From NCBI GenBank assembly GCA_030141605.1, contig JAQGDQ010000739.1, positions 1 to 64,000 of the forward strand: a stretch of DNA of 64,000 nucleotides, written 5' to 3'. Each line of letters begins with the position of its first letter. Positions within the stretch are counted from its first letter, which is position 1. The stretch comes from Tubiluchus corallicola (taxonomy: Eukaryota; Animalia; Priapulida). This document shows positions 1 through 11,296 of the stretch, in pieces. A program made the position numbers and the translations under genes. The notes under the pieces were generated by a model. The model saw nothing but the letters and a program-made list of their open reading frames with translations, ran no database searches and was not told the origin of the DNA.

Positions 1-1297
1 GAGAGAATGGTGTTAATAGTGAGAGAATGGTGTTAATAGTGAGAGAATGGTGTTAATAGTGAGAGAATGGTGTTATTAGTGAGAGAATGGTGTTAATAGT
101 GAGATAATGGAATGGTGTTAATAGTGAGCGAATGGTGTTATTAGTGAGAGAATGGTGTTATTAGTGAGAGAATGGTGTTATTAGTGAGAGAATGGTGTTA
201 ATAGTGAGAGAATGGTGTTAAAAAATGTGAGAGAATGGCGTTAATAATGAGATAATGGTGTTGATAGTGAGAGAATGGTGTTAATAATGAGATAATGGTG
301 TTGATAGTGAGAGAATGGTGTTAATAGTGAGAGAATGTGTTAATAGTGAGCGAATGGTGTTATTAGTGAGAGAATGGTGTTATTAGTGAGAGAATGGTGT
401 TATTAGTGAGAGAATGGTGTTATTAGTGAGAGAATGGTGTTATTAGTGAGAGAATGGTGTTATTAGTGAGAGAATGATGTTAATAGTGAGATAATGGAAT
501 GGTGTTAATAGTGAGCGAATGGTAATATTAGTGAGAGAATGGTGTTATTAGTGAGAGAATGGTGTTATTAGTGAGAGAATGGTGTTAATAGTGAGAGAAT
601 GGTGTTAATAGTGAGAGAATGGTGTTAATAGTGAGAGAATGGTGTTAATAGTGAGATAATGGTGTTAATAGTGAGAGAATGGTGTTATTAGTGAGAGAAT
701 GGTGTTATTAGTGAGAGAATGGTGTTATTAGTGAGAGAATGGTGTTATTAGTGAGAGAATGGTGTTATTAGTGAGAGAATGGTGTTAATAGTGAGAGAAT
801 GGTGTTATTAGTGAGAGAATGGTGTTATTAGTGAGAGAATGGTGTTATTAGTGAGAGAATGGTGTTATTAGTGAGCGAATGGTGTTAATAGTGAGCGAAT
901 GGTGTTATTAGTGAGAGAATGGTGTTATTAGTGAGAGAATGGTGTTATTAGTGAGAAAATGGTGTTAATAGTGACAGAATGGTGTTAATAGTGAGAGAAT
1001 GGTGTTAATAGTGAGAGAATGGTGTTAATAGTGAGAGAAAGGTGTTAATAGTGAGATAATGGTGTTAATAGTGAGAGAATGGTGTTATTAGTGAGAGAAT
1101 GGTGTTATTAGTGAGAGAATGGTGTTATTACTGAGAGAATGGTGTTATTAGTGAGAGAATGGTGTTATTAGTGAGAGAATGGTGTTATTACTGAGAGAAT
1201 GGTGTTATTAGTGAGAGAATGGTGTTATTAGTGAGAGAATGGTGTTATTAGTGAGAGAATGGTGTTATTACTGAGAGAATGGTGTTATTAGTGAGAT
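1..1297. repeat. 20-bp minisatellite (GTGAGAGAATGGTGTTAWTA)n, about 64 copies, truncated by window edge; lies in a ZZEF1 intron
   Basis: Directly visible head-to-tail 20-mers with an A/T variant and a few indels. Confidence 0.97.
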
Positions 1298-1304
1298 AAC
1301 GCAC

Positions 1305-1382
1305 TTGTAGCTCCGTCTGCCAGACAACAACGAGGAGACGTTGGTCTGAATTTGCTGACTGTCCCCATTTCCCGACACTAAG
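1305..1382 (-). CDS. Possible further ZZEF1 exon (LSVGKWGQSANSDQRLLVVVWQTELQ)
   Basis: tattag acceptor and gtgcgt donor, 78 nt, phase 0-0 and so compatible with the preceding exon; homology not recognised. Confidence 0.25.
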
Positions 1383-1670
1383 CTAATACAACAGGCGCCA
1401 TGTATTAGACTCACACTAATGTAGAATCAATCTCCTAATTGTCTCAAAAACATCTAGTACAGGCCGCTCCTATGTGAAAGTATATAAAAACTGTCGGCAA
1501 TTGACTCAAATAACTGCATAAATGATATAACTTGATATAATAACTCTATACTTTTATATGTAGAGATATACACCTGATTACACTGATGTAATAATGTAAA
1601 CAAAGTGACGGCCTGCCAACTATCGGTCAGCTCACGAAACAACGGACTGTGTCCACTATGCAGGGCTTTC

Positions 1671-2042
1671 CAACGGCCCAGATTTTGTTTGATTCTTCCG
1701 ATATCCGTAAAAGCGAGGTCCGGCAAACCGAGATATGAGTGTAGTCATTCATGTTAAGAATATTCAGTAGTGCAGCAGTAACCTCAATCTACTTTAGCAT
1801 CCGAAATATTGCTTGTTGATGATGCTGAGGTAGCATTGTGTCTCTTAGTTGTACAGCAGAAAATTGTATGAAAGTGATGGGCTGATTGCTTGTTTTTAGC
1901 GTCCACAAAAATGGATTTGAATGATGTCATTACGGACCAGAATACGTCCGTAATATGCAGGACTTTTTAACAGTCCAGATTTTGTCAGATTCTTCCAATA
2001 TCTGTAAAGGCAAGGCCCGACAAACGAGATATGAGTGTAGTG
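1671..2042. repeat. Pair of diverged ~75-bp direct repeats (1671-1746 and 1968-2042)
   Basis: Shared ccagattttgt..gattcttcc.atatc.gtaaa...gagatatgagtgtagt. Confidence 0.8.
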
Positions 2043-2431
2043 TCACGTTGTGATGATCTGAATTAATGCCGAACTTCAGCTGGTGAAAGAACCGCTTGCC
2101 AAGCTGGTTTTGCACCTCATATCTAATGTTACTGTTGTCGCTATAGCAACGGCTACCCAGTGAAAAAAGAAAAGAAAAGAACTGGCAAAGGGTGCTTTTG
2201 ATACATGTAAGAGTTTGCTGACATTTGAGAAAAGTTTAAAAAGAAAATTAGAATCAAAAGTGTATAGTGACTTGCGGGACATCCGATTGCAAAATTAACG
2301 TATTTCACTCAAGACAAATGAGCGAATACATCAACAGGTGAATGAAAAATAAGAAAGGAATATGCAAATATGTGAATGAAAGAATAAAAGACTAAACAAA
2401 CGAAGTAATTAGTTAATTAAGTGACACTCAC

Positions 2432-2513
2432 TTCTACTTCATCCCAGTTGTCATCGACGGTAAAGTAAGCCACTGGTTGAACAACGCCTGGCGATAGATT
2501 CGCCTCACCAGAC
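2432..2513 (-). CDS. ZZEF1: ZZEF1 coding exon 8
   Basis: ttttacag acceptor, gtgagt donor, phase 2-0; ...PVAYFTVDDNWDEVE. Confidence 0.8.
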
Positions 2514-5500
2514 CTGTAAAAAATGACATGAAAGGACAAATAATCAATGTTACTAAACAGCCAAGTTTAAGAATGAATAAAGTTAATGGCACAAAGTTTA
2601 AGAACTCACCTGTATTCGTTATACTGAGCAACTGTCCAATTGTCAAAGTCTGAAAATGATGTACTCTCCAAGCGCTGGTCTTCATCTGTGTAGACGAACA
2701 CCATCCCACATTTAGCACCAATGCTACCTTTACATACCTAGTAAAAACACATGCAGTCCTGGTTAAGCGTAATGTGAGTTGGAGAAATGAATGTGATGTT
2801 ACTTAAAAACAGTTGGGAATGTGACAGATTTCACATGGGGCAGACTACAAATGGGCTCTACATCATATGACGTCAGAAACTAACACAACAGTTCATATTC
2901 ATGCTTATTACGGTACCGCCTTCTATTTGTCGGCCACGCGAATGTGATAAAAAGGCGCCGCTGCCGATCTTAGTAGATTCACTGAGACACGCGTAGCTTT
3001 CAAAGTTTAACGAAATTTGAGTATCCGAGGTAATTATTATTTAATCTAAGGTTTCATTTAAAAAAAGCTTTTGTAGTTGCAATATTTTACAGCATTCCTT
3101 ATTCTAAACTCGTGTTTACACAATCATCCGGTTGTCCTTTAATGAAATAAGGTGATTTCTTGACTCTAAACAAGAATTAAACTTAGTATCTCTAAAGGGT
3201 GAATAAGCTACTTTAACCATCACATAATACTACAAAGTGTTGACTTTCTTAAAACTGATCTTGCATCATTTCATACAACTGTTATAAAAAAAGCCTTTGA
3301 TGGCAATAAGTTGGTTATATGATTCGATGTTGCTATATAATTTGAATGTTTGGAATGGTTGGCATCCTTCTGTCTCGGAAGACAATGTAGTGTGTGCCAA
3401 GAGAGTCAGTTATTGATCACATTGATGGAGCTGCAGCATCGACTGTGACTGAGCATTGCGATCCTTGAACGTCTCCAGGGCGCACGCCTGGGCAAAGAGT
3501 GTGGAGATCCTGAGTTGCCCAGACAACAGGAAACCCCTCTTTTCCTCGCTGGTGTAGTCCAAAGGAAAGCGGAGCGATACGTTTGGCACCAGGTTGACTG
3601 CAGGAGCTGCCGGAGTCAGTGAGCATGCTGCACTGGTCCGCCTTCGGGGCTCCACTCCTGATTTGGACGGTTTACTCCTCTACACATGGCCGTTGGGTCA
3701 CTTGACGTTCTCCGCCCTCTAGCCGTTGGCTGCTGGTACAGCTCCTCTGCCTAGTGTTGAGATACAGTGTGGGCATCCCGCAAGCCTACAGCACCTGGTA
3801 TTCTTAGGTGGTCACCCATCCAAATACTAACCAGGTTCTACGTTGCTTAACTTCGGTGATTAGATGAGAACCGGTGTTTTCAACGTGATTTGGCCGTATG
3901 CCTAATGTTTGGAATACCACCATAGCAATTGTCTAAATAAACTTTGTCGTAAACAAACATTTTATTTCTTACCTTGATATGTAATTTTGTGATTTCAACA
4001 AACGTATGTGATTTGAAATACAGGTTAGCTTTTCTGTTGCCTTTAGCAGTAACATAGCCATCACCGGGCGAAGAGCTCACAACATTCGCACAGCCGGTGC
4101 TGTTATCCCGCATTCCTCCGTCAGCACCTGCTACATTCATTTGCAATTGTGTCGAGTGGTAAAGGATAGCCGACTTGTAGACATTATCCATGGATGTCAA
4201 ACACGAGGCTGCCGGTATCTAGGGAAACACGAAAACAAGAAACAACTTCATCTGCATAACCGAGAAAACGTTTATTGAAAGTTTACAACATAGCAATATT
4301 AATATTTATATCAACATCAACACTAAAGTAGGATGAATAACCAAGTGGTCACAATGTTGCGATTCATGATCGAAGTGAAAAATGGCATGGAGGCTTGTCA
4401 ATGAACTGTGTCAATACTTATTTCGCTTACCGACACTAAAGAGTTAACAATGTAAACATATGTGCATTGATGACATCACAAACTAACATAATTTTCAACA
4501 ATAGCAATAACAGCAAAAATATTCCACGAGCATGTTGCACATGTTTCCGAAAGTGAAAATTGCAGTACAGTGCTACTGTACATGATTCAGCGTGTTGTAC
4601 TAAAAGTAGGCAAGTTTTAAGATAAAAATTCAAGCTTCAAATTTACTGCTGTGCTCATGCATAAGCTGTCGAATGTGTGCAGTTCGTCACAAACTAACAC
4701 ATCTGAACTGAGAGGTACAGCACCTGTTTTCTGTGCATTTCTAAAATACAGGTGCTAGTGCCCGTCTAAATAGCGAATGGCAAAATGCATGCAACGGCGA
4801 AGAACTAGTGGCGCAAATGTGAAACTGTGTCTGAGTGGTAATAATTCTTTTACGTAAGTCATTTTTGAAAAAAATTGTATGTTTCCTTTCTATATTTCAA
4901 AGAGTAGATTGTTTTGACCTACAGTTTGAGATTAAGTCCGGTTTTGCTTTAAATGCAGCAACTGGCCTTTAACCAGACAAGGTTACAGAAAAGACTAGCT
5001 ATGTATGCAATAATACATGAATACAGAAAGCAGCAGGGAAAGAGTTAACTACATTTTTAACGTAAGCACATAACTTTCTCACCTCCGTTCCAGCATTATC
5101 AAGCAGCTGTTGTAAAGCAGCGATGATACCCGAAATATTTCCTCTAGCTAAAGCAAACATCAACACCACCTGTAAACCACGAGCTGCCATCTCGCTATCC
5201 TCTGCCTCCGTCAATATTGCTTGTAAGAACCTACGAAAATAAGATGCATATGCAAACTTCTAATAACATCATCACGTTTTGTATACAGTCGAATCCTGCT
5301 AATACAATTCGGCTCCGCTTCAGCCGAGCTAGGTGATTTACTGCGTGAGTCGGCTGATGTAGTAGCAACTGACTCAGCTTCAGCCGAGCTAGGTGATTTA
5401 CTGTGTGAGTCAGCTGATGTAGTAGCAACTGACTCGGCTTCAGCCGAGCTAGCTGATTTACTCTGTGAGTCGGCTGATGTAGCAACTGACTCAGCTTCAG

Positions 5501-8500
5501 CCGAGCTAGGTGATTTACTGTGTGAGACGGCTGATGTAGTAGCAACTGACTCAGCTTCAGCCGAGCTAGCTGATTTACTGTGTGAGTCGGCCGATGTTGT
5601 AGCAACTGACTCAACTTCAGCCGAGCTAGCTGATTTATTGTGTGAGTCAGCTGATGTAGAAGCAACAGACTCCGCTTCAGCTGAGCTAGCTGATTTACTG
5701 TGTGAGTCAACTGATGTAGTAGCAGCTGACTCAGCTTCAGCCAAGCTAGCTGATTTACTGTGTGAGTCAGCTGATGTAGTAGCAACTGACTCAGCTTCAG
5801 TCGAGCTAGCTGATTTATTGTGTGAGTCAGCTGATGTAGAAGCAACAGACTCCGCTTCAGCCGAGCTAGCTGATTTACTGTGTGAGTCACCTGATGTAGT
5901 AGCAGCTGACTCAGCTTCAGCCTCTAGTTATAACATAGTTGTGACAGCAGCAGTAATAAGTTTTCATTTTCTTAAAATCCCATGAGCCAGCCGAAATACA
6001 AATCGTACAGCAGCGAAGAGGCTAAATCTTTGAATCAATTATAAATCAGCATCCAATGAACTTTGTGCACTTTGTAATTAAAAACAAAACTACCTGCTCA
6101 TTTCATCCAACACTACAGGTGTGAGAAACTTAGGTCTCTCTTTTGAGGCTTTGCTGAGAGAAAGGGGAGGCATGTGTTCAAGAGCTTGCTGGCTGTGCTC
6201 CAATATGGTTGTTCGGAGGGCGGGTGACGTGTGGATGCCAGACAACGTGGTTGATGATAACATCTGAAATAATCATCAGTCAATGTTTTTATTTATCAAT
6301 CAGCAATTATCAATCAATAAAATCAATAGTTTACCACAGTTAAGTTTTTCTTTTAGAAAAAGACAGTAAGCAGCCTGCAAACTTCAATTGCTCCGATGTT
6401 TCTAATTATGAAGTCAGGGAAACATCTGAGGTATCTGCTTGGCCCTGAAGTTAGGCAGTGCTGAGCCTGGACTGTAAAGAGATGGATGATCATACTACTA
6501 GAAATTTAGTGTTTCATCATAGAAAATTTTCCTCAAAACTATCTTGGATGCGGATGCCCACCTACAATGAGCATGCCCTACCACTGGATGTTGCATTCCA
6601 GTTCCCAAGTTCAGTTTGTGGTTGCAAAAGTTTTTTCAACTCAGACAATATGGTAACCCTACCTATACTTAAAGGAATACAGATGATTTTTCATACACTA
6701 CCCCATTTTCCAGTCCGATAAAAAATATACATTCTAAGACAACCAATGCTGTAAAAGTGTTTCTGATAATTAAATAATAGATTAAAAACTTAATGAACAG
6801 CGAGCGAGCCAAACTATTGATGACATCACAAACTAACCTAATTTTTAACAGCAAAAACATTCCACGAGCGTTTCACACGTGTTTGCGAAAGCGAAAATTG
6901 AAGTACAGTGCTACTGTGAGATATTCAGTGTGTTGTACTAAAACTAGGCAAGTTTTAAGATAAAAATTTCAAATTTAGCGCTCTACTCATACATCAGCTG
7001 GCATCGTCAGAAACTAACACATCTGAACTGAGAGGTACAGCACCTGTTTTCTGTGCAATGCCATTCCAAAATGCAGGCAAATGGCAAAATGCATGTAACA
7101 GTGAAGAACTAGTGGCAATAGAACACTAGTGGCAAATTGTGGTGAGAACGTGAAATTGCGTTTGTGTGGCAATAATTCTTTCACCTAAACGATTTTTGAA
7201 AAAATAGCATGTTTCCATTCAATATTTTATAGAATAAATTGTTTTGACCAACAGCTTAAGATTGGGTCTGGTTTTGCTTTAATATAAATGCATAAGAATG
7301 ATATACAGAGCTATATATGCCTTCTTGCGTTGTTGAGTCAGAAATTAAAAATAACTGCAATTCACTTGAACTAATGAACTAATAGCTGATTATTTCAATA
7401 ATTTTGTTACAATCTCAGCAACTATTCCATGTATGCAGACCTTTTTGTCATAATTATAGTAAAAATACATTTTATTTGCACTCTACCTGTAGATACCAAA
7501 TTGTAGTGGCATCAGAGATACTAAAGTTTTCCCGGGCTTTATATCCCAGCGTCCTCAGCCCACGTATTCGTACGTCGCAGCCGTCGCTATGGCAATGCTT
7601 AATATTGATTTGTACAAACGGATGATAAGCTTTGGCATTTTCTAACAAGGTTACATCTCCTGAAAAGGGTATTAAATGATCATATTCTCTTGAAGAATAG
7701 CTGTGCACCGCATATCACAGCTCTGCACCACACATCACAGCTCTGCACCACACATCATAGCTCTGCACAGCACACAACAATTATGCACCCAGCTACCACA
7801 TACCACACCTGTACTCACACGTCACAACTATGCACCATGACTATGCATCAAATACAACTGCTCTGCGCCACACATCACAGTCCTGCACAGCACACAACAA
7901 CTATGCACCAAGCTACCACATACCACACCTGTACTCACATATCACAACTATGCACAACACACTACGACTATGCATCACATACAACAACTATGCACCCAGC
8001 TACCACATACCACACCTGTACTGACACGTCATAACTATGCACCACACACTACGACTATGCATCACATACAACTGCTCTGCACCACACATCACAGTCCTGC
8101 ACATCACACAACTATGCACCAAGCTACAACATACCACACCTGTACTCACACGTCATAACTATACACCACACACCATGCCATGACTATGCATCAAATACAA
8201 CTGCTCTGCGCCACACATCACAGTCCTGCACAGCACACAACAACTATGCACCAAGCTACCACATACCACACCTGTACTCACACGTCATAACTATGCACCA
8301 CACACCATGACTATGCATCACATACAACTGCTCTGCACCACACATCACAGTCCTGCACAGCACACATGTATGCACCCAGCTACCACATACCACACCTGTA
8401 CTCACACATCACAACTATGCACCACACACTACGACTATGCATCACATACAACGGCTCTGCACCGCACAGCAGAGTTCTGCACAGCACAAAACAACTATGC

Positions 8501-10660
8501 ACCCAGCTACCACATACAATACCTGTACTCACACGTCATAACTATGCACCACACACCATGACTATGCATCAAATGCAACAGTTCTGGACCACATATCATA
8601 ACTCTGTGCATCGTATATCACAAACAAGAATGAAAAAAATACTTCGTAAAAAAATCTCAAGAAAATTGCGGCTAACCGCCTAAAAGAATGCTGTTCAAAA
8701 CCTCTAACAGCTAACACTGCCAGTACATTCACTCACTGTATTAGGTTATTTTAATAACCTCAAGAAAAATTTTCATAACATTATTTGTTAAAAAATAAAA
8801 ACAATTATTTGATTAGCTTCTATTTTAAGACGATTCTCAGACAATCTTTTACTTTTTCCTTCAGTATTTTCTGTCTACATTTCTTCTATAACATTGAAAC
8901 CAAACTTTACAATGTATTTCTATAACATACCAGTTGTACTGCTTGGTATATGAATTTGCTTGATCTCTTTCAGTTTATCCTGATGTTTACCAACAGATAT
9001 AGTGATAAGTTGCGGCATATACGACATGTCAGACGAAGCGACGGAAATAACAAGTTGTTTCAAGATAATATTATGCTTCATTTTCAATCGTATCCAATGA
9101 GATCTTGCCGACCCGTCCGACTGCCAATATTTCGACGCATCGTTGTTCGTTAGCAAGCCGACGTCCGATTGATTCGACGAGACCTCAATGTAGCTGTAGC
9201 ACTTAGTCATTGCTTTCGCTTCGTCTGCCGCATCCACACTGCTGGATTTTTTATGACTGGTCTCCTCCCTGATCTTGGTAAATATGTACTTGAGCGCGGC
9301 CAGCCGCACGGAATGCGTGCTCTGATAACTTTCCAAGAGAGAAAACGGTAGCACGGCCATGTTGGCGCGATTTCGCACCATGTAGTTGAGCAATCGCTGC
9401 CCGTGCTTGCCGATGTCGTGCCGATCACAGTAGACATCCAAGAAACTAGGCGTGAGATTGCACGACTGTAGCGTGCGGATTGTGTAGTTCAGTTCTCCCT
9501 GCACCGTGCTACTGCCCCACACGGTACGTAAAGATTCCACCATGTTGTCCACCTCTGCCACGCCCTCACCGTCATAATCGAATATACGGAAAGCTTCTTT
9601 GCAGTCGTCCAGATCGGCACCCTGGCTTGTGAGCAGCTCACAAAACTGAGATTCTGTCACCTCTTCCCGATCATATCTACATAGAAACACATGCAAGAAT
9701 GTGATCAGGATTAAATTAGAGCAGTTTTCATTCTACTACTATGCTTAAAGGAAAGAACAATAACAATAGTTATTTAACTATTATCATTTAAACTTAGAGA
9801 AAAAAACAAGACATTTGCAACAAACTCTTCTATTAAGCATAAATCCAAAATAAACTACTTCTGAATAGAAATTTTCAGGTGTGGTGGTTGCAGCCATTCA
9901 CGTCAAAATTACGATGTAACTGGGAAACTTTATGACTTTTCGTAAGAATGTGCTGTTTAAACTAATTCAGACTTTTGCAGTTTGTCTAAAATTCATGGCA
10001 AACTGTTACAAAATCAGCTACCTAATGTTTTTGTGAAAACTTATGCAATTGACGAAACTTGACAGTGTGTTGCTTTACTTCAGGAAGAATGACGTCATTG
10101 GTGGAAGAGTGGGCAATTACTTCAAGATGAATGACATCATTGGTGGAAGACTGGCAGTTACTTCAGGATGAATGACGTCATTGGTGGAAGAGTGGGCAAT
10201 CACTTCAGGAAGAATGACGTCATTGGTGGAAGAGTAGCAATTACTTCAGGATGAATGACGTCATTGGTGGAAGAGTGGGTAATTACTTCAGTATGAATGA
10301 CGTCATTGGTGGAAGAGTGGGCATTCAAAATCGGAGCGCCCAAGCATGAAGTGATTGCGACTTTAAAGTGATTTTACCGATTACAAGAGGTGCTTAATGC
10401 GGTTTCATTACTAAATACTGCTAACATTTTTTGCGAGCACGGAAACAAGCCTAACATTCCAAAAGGCTTGACTTTTCTGTTAAGCACAACCATTGAACCA
10501 CTTATTGACTGGCTGGAAATAATAGTCAGAGAGCTTGAATAATGTCACAGCTTCGTAGTACATTCACAAAAAATAAAAGCCACACAAACAAAACAGATAA
10601 TTTCTAACCTGAATTAATCCAGGGAGATTAGACTGGGTGTTCCAAAAGAAAGAGCACAGT

Positions 10661-10694
<34 letters not shown>

Positions 10695-11296
10695 TGATGT
10701 CAAGAAGAAAATGTTCAAAGATAAACATGACATCTACATTATCATGTCAATATGATGTAAAAATGTTATAAATTTTGCACAATTTCAAGCTACTAAATAA
10801 CTTAGTACGATTTCATATTTACTGGACTGTGTATAATAGTAGCAAGATTATAGTACACTGTTTCTAGCTTGTAATCGCTGTACATATATATCCAATTTTT
10901 GTTTGGATCCAGCATCCAATGATAAGGCCTTTACAGTGCAGATTTATAACTCTGCCGCCCCAGCAGGGCCAAAGTCTTGCTTTTGTTCCCATAATGAATA
11001 TAACAGCAAAAAGGAACGCGTTAAAGTGAATTATCATATGCTGTAATTGAAAGCTAAAGTCAGTACCTATTTTCCAACCAATGTAGAATCTCTTTACGGT
11101 ACTGATGAATTATGTTCTTTGGGGTTCCCGGTGTGATTTTGGTAGAAAGTTCTCTCAGAGCCGAATGATCAAACAGCTTGCCGAGATCAGTTGACGATGT
11201 TTTGGCAAACGAGCCCGAAGATGCTGCTCCCATGGTAACGATGTCTTGAATGTCAGGTTCGCCATCGCTGTCACTCATGCTCGATGTGTTACCCAT
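2432..11296 (-). CDS. ZZEF1: ZZEF1-like (zinc finger ZZ-type and EF-hand domain protein 1), 5' portion, multi-exon, continues beyond left edge
   Basis: Exons 11296-11067, 9676-8931, 7659-7487, 6263-6094, 5230-5083, 4218-3973, 2737-2610, 2513-2432, all with GT-AG boundaries and consistent phases. MGNTSS myristoylation-type start, EF-hand (FDYDGEGVAEV) and APC10/DOC domain (YWQSDGSARSHWIRLKMK; QINIKHCHSDGCDVRIRGL) as in ZZEF1. Confidence 0.9.
2610..2737 (-). CDS. ZZEF1: ZZEF1 coding exon 7
   Basis: tttactag acceptor, gtgagt donor, phase 0-2; VCKGSIGAKCGMVFVY... Confidence 0.8.
3357..3903 (-). mobile_element. 5S rRNA-derived SINE (SINE3) with bipartite RTE-LINE-like body, 12-bp TSD
   Basis: Perfect direct repeat AATGTTTGGAAT at 3345-3356 and 3904-3915. 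5S head 3901-3782, GC-rich body, and a 3' end resembling an RTE ORF terminus and tail (SRIAMLSHSRCC...GAGACAGAAGGATGCCAAC). Confidence 0.85.
3782..3901 (-). rRNA. 5S rRNA-like sequence (degenerate; head of the SINE rather than a functional 5S gene)
   Basis: GCATACGGCCAAATCACGTTGAAAACACCGGTTCTC...GAAGTTAAGC...GGATGGGTGACC...GTGCTGTAGGCTT; A and C boxes present, CpG-type transitions, no oligo-T terminator. Confidence 0.8.
3973..4218 (-). CDS. ZZEF1: ZZEF1 coding exon 6
   Basis: ttccctag acceptor, gtaaga donor, 246 nt, phase 0-0. Confidence 0.8.
4466..4952. repeat. Dispersed repeat copy A (partial copy of the element at 6669-7282)
   Basis: Collinear similarity with 6816-7282 (attgatgacatcacaaactaac...ggttttgctttaa). 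Confidence 0.85.
5083..5230 (-). CDS. ZZEF1: ZZEF1 coding exon 5
   Basis: ttcgtag acceptor, gtgaga donor, phase 2-0; FLQAIL...FALARGNISGII. Confidence 0.85.
5310..5922. repeat. 60-bp tandem repeat, about 10 copies, intronic
   Basis: Unit gactcagcttcagccgagctagctgatttactgtgtgagtcagctgatgtagtagcaact; explains the overlapping repetitive ORFs. Confidence 0.95.
6094..6263 (-). CDS. ZZEF1: ZZEF1 coding exon 4
   Basis: atttcag acceptor, gtagtt donor, phase 0-2; ...ALEHMPPLSL...RPKFLT. Confidence 0.85.
6669..7282. mobile_element. Non-autonomous DNA-transposon-like element bounded by TTAA with AG...CT ends (Kolobok-like?)
   Basis: TTAA|AGGAATACAG ... TTTTGCT|TTAA; its right ~470 bp is repeated at 4466-4952; TIR weak. 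Confidence 0.45.
7487..7659 (-). CDS. ZZEF1: ZZEF1 coding exon 3 (C-terminal part of APC10/DOC domain)
   Basis: ttttcag acceptor, gtagag donor, phase 1-0; QINIKHCHSDGCDVRIRGL. Confidence 0.9.
7705..8610. repeat. CA-rich compound minisatellite (higher-order units built from ~21-bp subrepeats)
   Basis: Recurring caactatgcacc / gctaccacataccacacctgtactcacac / cacatcacagtcctgcac blocks; explains the His/Thr-rich ORFs. Confidence 0.92.
8931..9676 (-). CDS. ZZEF1: ZZEF1 coding exon 2 (EF-hand and N-terminal part of APC10/DOC domain)
   Basis: atgtag acceptor, gtatgt donor, phase 2-1; EAFRIFDYDGEG, YWQSDGSARSHWIRL. Confidence 0.93.
10075..10322. repeat. ~41-bp tandem repeat x6 containing the palindrome AATGACGTCATT (CRE)
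   Basis: Five units carry perfect TGACGTCA, one has TGACATCA. Confidence 0.92.
10663..10693. repeat. (AT)n microsatellite
   Basis: Visible run. Confidence 0.9.
11067..11296 (-). CDS. ZZEF1: ZZEF1 first coding exon
   Basis: ATG with MGNTSS; upstream acceptor ttttacag at 11317-11318 implies an upstream non-coding exon; donor gtactg, phase 2. Confidence 0.85.

Noticed and set aside
3782-3901. Functional 5S rRNA gene
   Set aside because: Multiple stem-disrupting transitions, no T-run terminator, and embedded in a TSD-flanked SINE
7690-8683. His/Thr/Cys-rich ORFs
   Set aside because: Products of a CA-rich minisatellite, antisense within a ZZEF1 intron and open in several frames
10075-10322. 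CRISPR-like array of palindromic repeats
   Set aside because: Head-to-tail units without unique spacers, eukaryotic context, no cas genes
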